Shown here: positions 6,746 to 13,739 of the stretch, in pieces
Layout: every line of letters begins with the position of its first letter
Numbering within the stretch: position 1 is the first letter of the stretch
Source: a virus
Taxonomy: Duplodnaviria; Heunggongvirae; Uroviricota; Caudoviricetes
Virus record (IMG/VR): IMGVR_UViG_2617270963_000006
Length of the DNA: 19,276 bases
Strand: one strand, 5' to 3'
Notes under the pieces: model-generated
What the model was told of the DNA's origin: nothing
Database searches by the model: none
What the model saw: the letters and a program-made list of their open reading frames with translations, nothing else
Position numbers and translations under genes: made by a program

Positions 6746-7828
6746 ATGCGTAATTACGCAACAATTTCACCTCAGTTCTGGTTAGGCGATACAGGGCGAA
6801 AACTCAGGAAGTCTGGTCCGGAATGTATGGTAGTGGCGTTGTATATGATGACCTCGCCTCATTCCAATATGCTGGGCCTTTATTACCTGCCTGTTTTGTA
6901 CATTGCTCACGAAACCGGACTTGATCCTGAAGGGGCTTCTAAGGGGCTTCAAATGGCTTGCGAGGCTGGTTTTTGCAGCTATGACCATGATTCTGAGGTT
7001 GTATGGGTGCATGAAATGGCAGCATGGCAGGTTGGTGAATCGCTGAAACCTGGCGATAACCGTTGTGCTGGGGTAAGAAATGAATATTCCGCGTTGCTGG
7101 AAAATCCTTTTTTATCATCCTTTTATGATAGATATAAGGATGATTTCCACCTGGATGTCAGACGTGAATCATGTCGGAAAATTGAAGCCCCTTCAGAGCC
7201 CCTTTCAAGCCAAGAACAGGAACAGGAACAAGAACAGGAAAGGGATAAAACCCTTCTGGTCCATGGCGAAAAAATCGCCACGGACCCACAGGGGGATTTT
7301 TGTCCTGTTCTGACTGAACGTCCAGGACCAGCTGGCACGACACCGGAAGCAGATTCCGGGCGTTGTGTGCAGCAGGTGCTGATCGTCGAACCGGAGCAAC
7401 AACGCCAACCGCAGCAGCCTGAAGCCGATTCCGCGATGAGCGGGAAGCCGATTGGGTTAACCCGGGCGATGCCGGGACCGTCTGCGGGACGAGTTGATTA
7501 TCCTGACGTGTTCGAACGGGTCTGGCGTGAATATCCGCATCGGGCAGGGTCAAACCCGAAGAAATCCGCGTTCAATGCCTGGAGGGCCAGATTACGCGAA
7601 GGGGTGTCACCGGATGTCGTGCTGGATGGCGTGAGGCGTTACGCAAGATACCTGGAGGCTACCGGGAAAGCGGGAACTGAATTTGTTCAGCAGGCATCGA
7701 CGTTTTTTGGCCCGAACAGGAATTTCGAAAATCCGTGGTCGCTGCCGAAGGCTGGCGCAGTCAGCCTGCGTTGCGTGAATCACATTTCTGAACCGGACAC
7801 CGAAATTCCGCCGGGTTTCAGGGGGTAA
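6746..7828 (+). CDS. phage replication initiator / replisome organiser (360 aa) with a DnaT-like C-terminal tail
   Basis: ATG at 6746 with GAGGGG upstream. The C-terminal residues SEPDTEIPPGFRG match the C-terminus of E. coli primosomal protein DnaT as recalled (SEPDSQIPPGFRG). It contains a third iteron copy and sits directly upstream of a DnaC-like gene. Confidence 0.7.
   Translation: MRNYATISPQFWLGDTGRKLRKSGPECMVVALYMMTSPHSNMLGLYYLPVLYIAHETGLDPEGASKGLQMACEAGFCSYDHDSEVVWVHEMAAWQVGESLKPGDNRCAGVRNEYSALLENPFLSSFYDRYKDDFHLDVRRESCRKIEAPSEPLSSQEQEQEQEQERDKTLLVHGEKIATDPQGDFCPVLTERPGPAGTTPEADSGRCVQQVLIVEPEQQRQPQQPEADSAMSGKPIGLTRAMPGPSAGRVDYPDVFERVWREYPHRAGSNPKKSAFNAWRARLREGVSPDVVLDGVRRYARYLEATGKAGTEFVQQASTFFGPNRNFENPWSLPKAGAVSLRCVNHISEPDTEIPPGFRG
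7211..7240 (+). repeat. hexanucleotide (GAACAG/GAACAA)n microsatellite encoding a (QE)n linker inside the replication initiator
   Basis: CAAGAACAGGAACAGGAACAAGAACAGGAA translates to QEQEQEQEQE. Confidence 0.6.
7405..7486 (+). repeat. iteron-like repeat, copy 3, interrupted by a 20-bp insertion or partial duplication, inside the initiator gene
   Basis: CCAACCGCAGCAGCCTGAAGCCGATT ... ATTGGGTTAACCCGGGCGATGCCGGGACCGTCTGCG; the internal GAAGCCGATT is duplicated. Confidence 0.55.
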
Positions 7829-7834
7829 TCAGCC

Positions 7835-8575
7835 ATGAAAAACATTTCGACAGGAGGGATTCTTGAACGGGTGCGCCGTCTGGCACCACCGCACGTGGCA
7901 GCACCGTTCCGGACGACCGACGAATGGCGGGAATGGCAACTGGCTGAGGGCCGTAAGCGCAGCGAGGAAATTAACCGCCTGAATCATCAGGCGCGGGTTG
8001 AAAAAATCCTGAACCGTGCGGGCATCCAGCCGCTTCACAGGAAGTGCTCATTCGGGAACTACCGGGTGCAGAACGACGGTCAGCGCCATGCTCTGAGCCA
8101 GGCGAAATCCATTGCCGATGAATTGATGACCGGTTATACAAACTTCGTGTTCAGCGGGAATCCGGGAACCGGAAAAAATCATCTGGCGGCGGCTGTGGGT
8201 AATCGTCTGCTGAATGCCGGTAAATCCGTGATAGTGGTCACCGTGGCGGATGTGATGAGCGCGTTACATGCCAGCTATGACGACGGACTGTCAGGGGAAA
8301 AATTTTTGCGTGAACTGTGCGAAGTGGACCTCCTGGTTCTTGACGAAATTGGCATCCAGCGTGAGACGAAAAACGAGCAGGTGGTACTGCACCAGATTGT
8401 TGACCGCCGGACGGCATCACTGCGCAGTGTCGGGATGCTGACAAACCTGAATCATGCCGCAATGAGCAAGCTTCTTGGTGAGAGGATTATGGACCGGATG
8501 ACCATGAACGGTGGTCGTTGGGTGAATTTTAACTGGGAGAGCTGGCGGTCAAACGTTGGACGTCAGGGTATGTGA
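7835..8575 (+). CDS. DnaC-like helicase loader (AAA+ ATPase, IstB/DnaC family), 246 aa
   Basis: Walker A GNPGTGKNHLAAAVG and Walker B LLVLDEIG in the translation; strong overall resemblance to E. coli DnaC; abuts the stop of the initiator gene. Confidence 0.9.
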   Translation: MKNISTGGILERVRRLAPPHVAAPFRTTDEWREWQLAEGRKRSEEINRLNHQARVEKILNRAGIQPLHRKCSFGNYRVQNDGQRHALSQAKSIADELMTGYTNFVFSGNPGTGKNHLAAAVGNRLLNAGKSVIVVTVADVMSALHASYDDGLSGEKFLRELCEVDLLVLDEIGIQRETKNEQVVLHQIVDRRTASLRSVGMLTNLNHAAMSKLLGERIMDRMTMNGGRWVNFNWESWRSNVGRQGM

Positions 8576-8600
8576 GAATTTTTGACGAGGTAAATTTTCG

Positions 8601-9371
8601 ATGGAAACCGTATTGCATGCACTGAAAGCGATGGGAAAAGCCAATTCTGTTGAACTGGCGGCGCGGCTTGATATCAGCCGTGAAGAAGTTCTCAACGAAC
8701 TGTGGGAGCTCAAAAAAAATGGCGTTGTTGATAAAACGGGTCACACCTGGTTTCTGGCTGTCGAAGGTGAAGCCGGGGTAACCGAAGGGCAGGCACTGCA
8801 ACCTGAAGCGCCGGATGTGGTAACCGAAGAGGTCGCTCCAAAAGTTACCGCAGACATGATGATTGAGTTTATCGATCAGGATGGGGCTAAAACGTGTGAG
8901 GAACTGGCGGGGGAGTTCGGTGTCAGCACTCGTAAGGTTGCTTCCACGTTGGCGGTGGTAACAGCAACGAGACGCCTGGTACGCGAGATCAGCAACGGAA
9001 AATTCCGTTACAAAATGCCTGATGTCGAAAACGGCGATTTGAGCGCTTTATCATCGCAGAATAAGCAATCACACCATGACGCAGAAAACAGCGCGGCAGG
9101 CGATGAAATGAATCGTTTTCCGTTGGCATCAGAGAGCACGGCAAAGGCCAGTACAGATGAGTTTATCCGAGAAGTTCCATCATTCACCGAAAAATCTGCC
9201 AGTTCGGTGATGCTTCCATCGCTGCATGCTGCCAGTCGAGAACTTCGTCGCGCCAAAAAACAGGTCCAGAAGTGGGAGCGAGTCTGCGCCGCGCTGCGGG
9301 AGCTGAACAAGCACCGGGATATTGTTCGACAGATTGTCGATTCATCCGGTCGTATTGTGTCGGAAAAGTGA
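8601..9371 (+). CDS. hypothetical phage protein, 256 aa, N-terminal winged-helix-like region
   Basis: ORF track; ATG with an upstream GAGG; same strand and tight spacing with neighbours. Confidence 0.55.
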   Translation: METVLHALKAMGKANSVELAARLDISREEVLNELWELKKNGVVDKTGHTWFLAVEGEAGVTEGQALQPEAPDVVTEEVAPKVTADMMIEFIDQDGAKTCEELAGEFGVSTRKVASTLAVVTATRRLVREISNGKFRYKMPDVENGDLSALSSQNKQSHHDAENSAAGDEMNRFPLASESTAKASTDEFIREVPSFTEKSASSVMLPSLHAASRELRRAKKQVQKWERVCAALRELNKHRDIVRQIVDSSGRIVSEK

Positions 9372-9386
9372 TTGCCGGAGGCGCTT

Positions 9387-9782
9387 ATGGCGAAACCTTT
9401 TACACACGAACAGCGGGAAGAACTGAAGGCACGAATTATCGGATTGGTACGCAAAAATGAACGCATGACGATATCGCAACTGGAGAGAGCGACGGGAGCA
9501 GGCTGGCATTCAGTCAGACGTTGCCTTGTGGATGTACTGGCTTGTGGCGATTTATACATGTCCGGTAAATACGGTGTTTTTGCATCAGAACAGGTGTATC
9601 GCGTATGGCGTAAGACACCGGAGAAAACAACTGACCAGACATTGATTCGAAAGTTACCAGACGGAGAAATTCGCCGCTACGATAGACGCCTGAACATAAT
9701 TTGTCGTGAGTGCCGCCAGAGCGAAGTTATGCAGCGTGTGCTGGCTTTCTATCAGGGGAATTTTCAGGAGGCGGTACTGTGA
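9387..9782 (+). CDS. hypothetical phage protein (about 131 aa), HTH-like segment
   Basis: ORF track 9372-9782 (TTG); the ATG at 9387 has GGAG with a 6-nt spacer. Confidence 0.5.
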   Translation: MAKPFTHEQREELKARIIGLVRKNERMTISQLERATGAGWHSVRRCLVDVLACGDLYMSGKYGVFASEQVYRVWRKTPEKTTDQTLIRKLPDGEIRRYDRRLNIICRECRQSEVMQRVLAFYQGNFQEAVL

Positions 9783-9838
9783 GTGAATTAGCTATCAGGC
9801 TTCAATTGTCGCTGGCATTCGCATCAAAGGAGAATGAG

Positions 9839-10423
9839 ATGACCACTTTTACAAAAGAGCAGTTAATCAGTCATGTTAGTGAAAATGTAAAGGCGATGAA
9901 ATTTGCAGTAAAACAGACAGCATTCAAAAATTCTCTCGAGGCAATTGAGTTGGATTTAGCACTGGCCCTTGTTGCTCAGGCTTCGCTGGAAGCAGAGCCC
10001 GTGCTTTATATGAATCGATTTACCGGAAAGACATTCTCACTGGAAGAGCAACCTGGTGCTGATAAGGAACCGGAAATATACGTGCCGCTATATGCTGCCC
10101 CGCCAGACAGCGCCGCCATGCTTCAGGCTGGAAACTTTCGGGAAAAGAAGGGTTCGTCAACCAATAATTTTCGGGAAATCTCGGAAACGTCAACCAACCA
10201 TCCGGTAACTCTGGATGGTTGGATAAGCTGTAGTGAGCGAATGCCGGATGACGGTCAGCACGTAATTATTTTATGTGATGGCGCATTCGTTCTTTATGCG
10301 CAATATCGAGACGGTGAGTTTTTTGATGTAGTCCGTGATGGTGATGAATTTTTCGAAACACAGAGCCGCAATGTAACCGACTGGATGCCGCTACCAGAAC
10401 CGCCGCAGGAGGTGCGCCAATGA
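9839..10423 (+). CDS. phage protein with a DUF551-type C-terminal domain (Eaa/Ead-like), about 194 aa
   Basis: ATG at 9839 with AAGGAGAA upstream; C-terminal motif VTDWMPLPEPP, which I recall as characteristic of DUF551 phage proteins. Confidence 0.55.
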   Translation: MTTFTKEQLISHVSENVKAMKFAVKQTAFKNSLEAIELDLALALVAQASLEAEPVLYMNRFTGKTFSLEEQPGADKEPEIYVPLYAAPPDSAAMLQAGNFREKKGSSTNNFREISETSTNHPVTLDGWISCSERMPDDGQHVIILCDGAFVLYAQYRDGEFFDVVRDGDEFFETQSRNVTDWMPLPEPPQEVRQ

Positions 10424-10503
10424 TCTGGCCTGAAGCCTTTGCAATTACAGGCGTTGCTATAGCTATTGATTTTTTAGTATATGTTATTTGTCGGTGGGGG
10501 TAA
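10420..10503 (+). CDS. tiny hydrophobic peptide (27 aa, MIWPEAFAITGVAIAIDFLVYVICRWG), predicted single transmembrane helix
   Basis: Not in the ORF track (under 60 aa). ATG overlaps the upstream stop (ATGA); AGGAGG 7 nt upstream. Confidence 0.35.
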   Translation: MIWPEAFAITGVAIAIDFLVYVICRWG

Positions 10504-10538
10504 AAACGTTCGCCGGGATTAACACCAAAGGAGGGAAT

Positions 10539-10643
10539 ATGTCGGATGATATATCACTGGCAATGGAAGGTGCGCTGGCTGTTATTGCTGTTGTGGGCGT
10601 TTACTGCCTGGTTGTGTTTTTGATGGATCGACTAGGGAACTGA
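10539..10643 (+). CDS. tiny hydrophobic peptide (34 aa, MSDDISLAMEGALAVIAVVGVYCLVVFLMDRLGN), predicted single transmembrane helix
   Basis: Not in the ORF track. AAGGAGGG immediately upstream of the ATG. Confidence 0.35.
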   Translation: MSDDISLAMEGALAVIAVVGVYCLVVFLMDRLGN

Positions 10644-10774
10644 ATTCATTACGATATGGGAATTCCCATATCGGGTAAAAACGGTTTGCGGTAAAGCGAG
10701 AGTTAAGCAGAATTGCTGCGGGTGCTTGAGGCTGTCTGCCTCGGGCATGCCACCGTAAGGCAGACAGAGAAAAA

Positions 10775-10860
10775 CCCCAGTTAACATTACGCGTCCTGCA
10801 AGACGCCTAACATTAATCTGAGGCCAATTTCATGCTAGACACATGTAGGTTAGCCTCTTA
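10775..10860 (-). ncRNA. sok: candidate Sok-like antisense RNA of the hok/sok module (position approximate)
   Basis: Inferred from hok-family organisation: the antisense regulator lies opposite the hok leader. No promoter or terminator was pinned down. Confidence 0.3.
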
Positions 10861-10888
10861 CGCGCCGAAAGGCAAGGAGAAGCAGGCT

Positions 10889-11044
10889 ATGAAGCAGCAA
10901 AAGGCGATGTTAGTCGCCCTGATCGTCATCTGTATTACCGTCGTAGTGACGGCACTGGTAACGAGGAAAGACCTCTGCGAGGTACGAATCCGAACCGGTC
11001 AGACGGAGGTTGCTGTCTTCACAGCTTACAAACCTGAGGAGTAA
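10889..11044 (+). CDS. hok: Hok/Gef-family type I toxin (51 aa)
   Basis: MKQQKAMLVALIVICITVVVTALVTRKDLCEVRIRTGQTEVAVFTAYKPEE is nearly identical to chromosomal Hok homologues (HokD/RelF as recalled). In-frame upstream extension from ATG 10832 (track ORF 10832-11044). Terminator follows. Confidence 0.85.
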   Translation: MKQQKAMLVALIVICITVVVTALVTRKDLCEVRIRTGQTEVAVFTAYKPEE

Positions 11045-11111
11045 GAGACCAGGCGAGGGAGAAATCCCTCGCCACCTCTGATGTGTCAGGCATCCTCAAC
11101 GCACCCGCACT

Positions 11112-11134
11112 TAACCCGCTTCGGCGGGTTTTTT
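11112..11134 (+). terminator. rho-independent terminator after hok
   Basis: CCCGC-TTCG-GCGGG followed by TTTTTT. Confidence 0.7.
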
Positions 11135-11253
11135 CACGTACTGTGGTTGTGAATACGATTGGTATTAGGCTATGCTAACAACATTAGCCTGACTAATTTT
11201 GTATTGACTTGATTTTTGTTAAAGAACAGGACGGAGAAGTAAGGGTACACCCA

Positions 11254-11433
11254 ATGAGCTACGCACTAAAAAAACACCCGCGATTGACTATTCCCCCTCG
11301 CGATAAAAGCGTTGTGGCAGCTCCGCGCCCGGCTATCGATGAAAATTGCACTCATCGTGAGCAGGTGAAAAATGCTTTCGATTTCGGTTTTTCTCGTTAC
11401 GAGAAGGCAATGGAAGAACTTTCAAAAGTGTAA
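11254..11433 (+). CDS. putative antitoxin of the Doc-family module (59 aa)
   Basis: Small ORF immediately upstream of the Doc-like toxin, separated by about 18 nt; ATG at 11254 (track ORF begins at a TTG at 11209). Not recognisably Phd-like. Confidence 0.5.
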   Translation: MSYALKKHPRLTIPPRDKSVVAAPRPAIDENCTHREQVKNAFDFGFSRYEKAMEELSKV

Positions 11434-11451
11434 TGATGGGTATTGTGCTCT

Positions 11452-11937
11452 ATGGCTGAGATTGTTGAAGGAGTGCACTACCTTTCGTTTGATGATCTTA
11501 CCGAAATTAATCGCCTTTTAATTGAGCTTCAAACACCAGATGAACCTGTTAGTGTGCTGAGTGTTGATAATTTAAGTTCTTCTCAGTCTCGTCCCAGCAT
11601 GGTTCGATGGTATGAACAGACTAATGACATGTTTGTACTGGCATCAGTATTGATTGAAAGTCTGATTCAGAATCATCCATTTGCTAATGCAAACAAACGA
11701 ACAGCTATGATGGCTGGTTATGTCTTCTTGTTGTTGAATGGCTATGAGTTAACAGCACCAGGCGATGAAATCGTGGAAATGGCAGAGGGACTGGCCTGCA
11801 AAACCTATACTCGAGAAGATCTCGAGAACTGGTTGTGTTATTGGTCTCGTGCGTATGACAGCCGGGAATTATGTAAAACAGGCGCAACTATTGTTTTGTA
11901 TGAAACTATCAAGCTTAAAATAGAACAGCAAAACTAA
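11452..11937 (+). CDS. doc: Doc (death-on-curing) / Fic-fold toxin, about 161 aa
   Basis: Catalytic motif HPFANANKR fits the Doc signature HxFx(D/N)(A/G)NKR. Start is uncertain: ATG at 11452 or TTG at 11443. Confidence 0.75.
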   Translation: MAEIVEGVHYLSFDDLTEINRLLIELQTPDEPVSVLSVDNLSSSQSRPSMVRWYEQTNDMFVLASVLIESLIQNHPFANANKRTAMMAGYVFLLLNGYELTAPGDEIVEMAEGLACKTYTREDLENWLCYWSRAYDSRELCKTGATIVLYETIKLKIEQQN

Positions 11938-11953
11938 AGGTGCTTCTAATGAA

Positions 11954-11976
11954 AATCCGCTTCGGCGGGTTTTGTT
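11954..11976 (+). terminator. rho-independent terminator after the Doc module
   Basis: CCGC-TTCG-GCGG followed by a T-rich tract. Confidence 0.55.
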
Positions 11977-11987
11977 GTATTGGAGTA

Positions 11988-12305
11988 TCATGATATTACT
12001 TGGATCCCGTTTTTCTCTACGACTGAAAGAAGGCGAAGAGCGGCACCTCCCGGCCGTTTTACACCACGTTCCCAGTCTGATATCAGGTTTTTACTGACGT
12101 TGAGGTATCTGGCAAAAACAGGTTGAGACAGATGCTCTCGTTCGCGCAGTGCACGGATCCTTTCCGGAGACATTACCGGCGCTGGCTGGAGACAAGTTTC
12201 ATCGAATTCTCGCATAGTCTGTTTCGTTACTGCGCCGATATCATGAAGCGATTCCATCATTTCATGTACGGATGCAAGCGCATCACTGCGGTAATTTTTA
12301 CTCAT
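11988..12305 (-). CDS. HTH (XRE-type) antitoxin, HigA/MqsA-like, 105 aa
   Basis: C-terminal HTH (LSQPVFARYLNVSKNLISDWERGVKRPGGAALRLL); GGAGG 7 nt upstream; lies directly downstream of a RelE-like toxin ORF on the same strand. Confidence 0.65.
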   Translation of the reverse strand: MSKNYRSDALASVHEMMESLHDIGAVTKQTMREFDETCLQPAPVMSPERIRALREREHLSQPVFARYLNVSKNLISDWERGVKRPGGAALRLLSVVEKNGIQVIS

Positions 12306-12359
12306 TGGGTACCTCCGTAAACTGACCCTGTAGAATCAGTTGTGCCAGTTGTTCATCTG

Positions 12360-12668
12360 TTAGATTGAGTACGTGAGGAGCCCCTTCCGAAATGCACTTT
12401 CCTCAGTAGCGGTTATATTTTCACGTTCATTTTTTGCGTATGCATATACGAAAAAGGCCCTTGTGCCGACGCGATAGAAAATGATTGTGCGATAACCGCC
12501 AGATTTGCCGCCACCGACTCGTGGCAGACGTTGCTTGATAACGCCGTTACCCAGGTTTGCTGAGATAAGCCCGTTATCAGCCTGTTTAACAATTTCGCGC
12601 AGTGACTGGTCGGATATTTTGTTTTTGTGTGCAAATCGCTCAAACCAGGCGTTTTTAAAAATGCGCAT
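12360..12668 (-). CDS. RelE/ParE-superfamily toxin (HigB-like; toxin-first arrangement), 102 aa
   Basis: Segment GGGKSGGYRTIIFYRVGTRAFFVYAYAKNEREN is typical of RelE/HigB-like killer proteins; followed by the HTH antitoxin. Confidence 0.65.
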   Translation of the reverse strand: MRIFKNAWFERFAHKNKISDQSLREIVKQADNGLISANLGNGVIKQRLPRVGGGKSGGYRTIIFYRVGTRAFFVYAYAKNERENITATEESAFRKGLLTYSI

Positions 12669-12772
12669 TTTTTTGTTCCGTTATTAATGTATAACACATA
12701 GTATTACATTGCGTAGGGATCTGCAATGCCATCAGTTTGACAACGTCGCGTATCCGGGATTATATTCATCGC

Positions 12773-12851
12773 ACGCCAGCAAAATCTGGCGTCGGGATTA
12801 GGAACCCCGGATAGAAACCGCGACAGAGACACGCCGCGAGCGTGTTTTTTA
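12773..12851 (+). ncRNA. candidate small RNA (about 80 nt) with its own promoter and intrinsic terminator, carrying a TTAGGAAC motif
   Basis: Promoter TTGACA (12737-12742), 18-nt spacer, TATATT (12761-12766). Terminator ACACGC-CGCGA-GCGTGT plus T-run at 12829-12851. No ORF. Confidence 0.3.
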
Positions 12852-13013
12852 TTGTCGTATGCACACGCACATCTGAATTATGGTGGGGCGTATAGGGGAG
12901 CTGAAAAGCTCGCCGGTTGGTTTCCCGGTAGTTCCTAACCCTGTACGTCTCGCCACCCGATGATTAGGAACCTGACGGTGGTGATAGTTTAGAAACCACT
13001 CGAGGGCGTCATT

Positions 13014-13685
13014 ATGACAACTCAAGTTTCTGTTGAAACACTCTCCACGATTACTTACAAGCAGATCCCCGTTATCACTACCGAACTTTTGGCGCACCTT
13101 TACGGCACAGAAGCTATTCGTATTCGCCAGAATCACCACGAAAACAAAGGTCGTTTCATTGAGGAAAAACACTTCTTCAAACTTGAAGGTGAAACTTTAC
13201 GTGAGTTCAAGCACAGAGTAGCTTTTAACTACTCTGTGAAAATTGCCCGTAACGTTCGCTCCCTCATCCTATGGACAGAACGCGGCGCAGCCCGTCACGC
13301 AAAAATGCTCGAAACTGATCAGGCGTGGGAGGTATTCGAAAAACTGGAAGACTGCTATTTCAGCCAGGGAAAAACAGCACCAACCGAACAGCAGCCGCAG
13401 ATTCAGCCACAATTCACAGCCGAAGAAATCATCCTCCTTTGCTACATGCAGCTCTGGATGGAAAAAGCCCAGGACCTCAGCAAACACCTGTATCCCATTA
13501 TGAAAGAGCTGAACTCCTCATACACGAACAAGCTGTATGACATTGCGTTTGAGACCATCTACATGGTGACGAAGAACAGAGACGCGCTACTAAGGGAGGT
13601 AACACGTCTCGACATGTCAAGTTCCATTATCCAGCGGGCCATGCCAATGCTGAAAAGCCTGCGGGCAAGACAATTTGAATTCTGA
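13014..13685 (+). CDS. phage antirepressor-like regulator (ORF6N/Rha-type N-terminal domain), 223 aa
   Basis: N-terminal segment (ITYKQIPVITTELLAHLYGTEAIRIRQNHHENKGRFIEEKHFFKLEG) resembles ORF6N/Rha antirepressor domains; GAGGG RBS; terminator follows. Confidence 0.6.
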   Translation: MTTQVSVETLSTITYKQIPVITTELLAHLYGTEAIRIRQNHHENKGRFIEEKHFFKLEGETLREFKHRVAFNYSVKIARNVRSLILWTERGAARHAKMLETDQAWEVFEKLEDCYFSQGKTAPTEQQPQIQPQFTAEEIILLCYMQLWMEKAQDLSKHLYPIMKELNSSYTNKLYDIAFETIYMVTKNRDALLREVTRLDMSSSIIQRAMPMLKSLRARQFEF

Positions 13686-13691
13686 AACTAA

Positions 13692-13713
13692 AGGAGCTTC
13701 GGCTCCTTTTTTG
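13692..13713 (+). terminator. rho-independent terminator
   Basis: AGGAGC-TTCG-GCTCCT followed by TTTTTT. Confidence 0.6.
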
Positions 13714-13739
13714 TTGGGAAAATCCAGTGAGAGGGAATA

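Noticed and set aside
6563-7486. CRISPR array
   Set aside because: Only three long repeat copies with irregular spacing, partly inside a coding region; no short regular repeat-spacer pattern. These are iteron-like.
6782-7553. Minus-strand ORFs inside the replication initiator gene (6782-7012, 7123-7338, 7158-7553, 7205-7408)
   Set aside because: Overlap a well-supported plus-strand gene; translations are Arg/Ser/Pro-rich, typical of antisense frames in GC-rich DNA.
9008-9559. 183-aa minus-strand ORF
   Set aside because: Antisense to two well-supported plus-strand genes; no start context.
10832-10888. Separate mok gene upstream of hok
   Set aside because: The upstream ATG at 10832 is in frame with hok, so it is listed only as an N-terminal extension; a distinct overlapping mok frame could not be confirmed.
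12413-12697. 94-aa minus-strand ORF overlapping the RelE-like toxin gene in another frame
   Set aside because: The alternative frame (12360-12668) has the recognisable RelE-like translation; this one does not.
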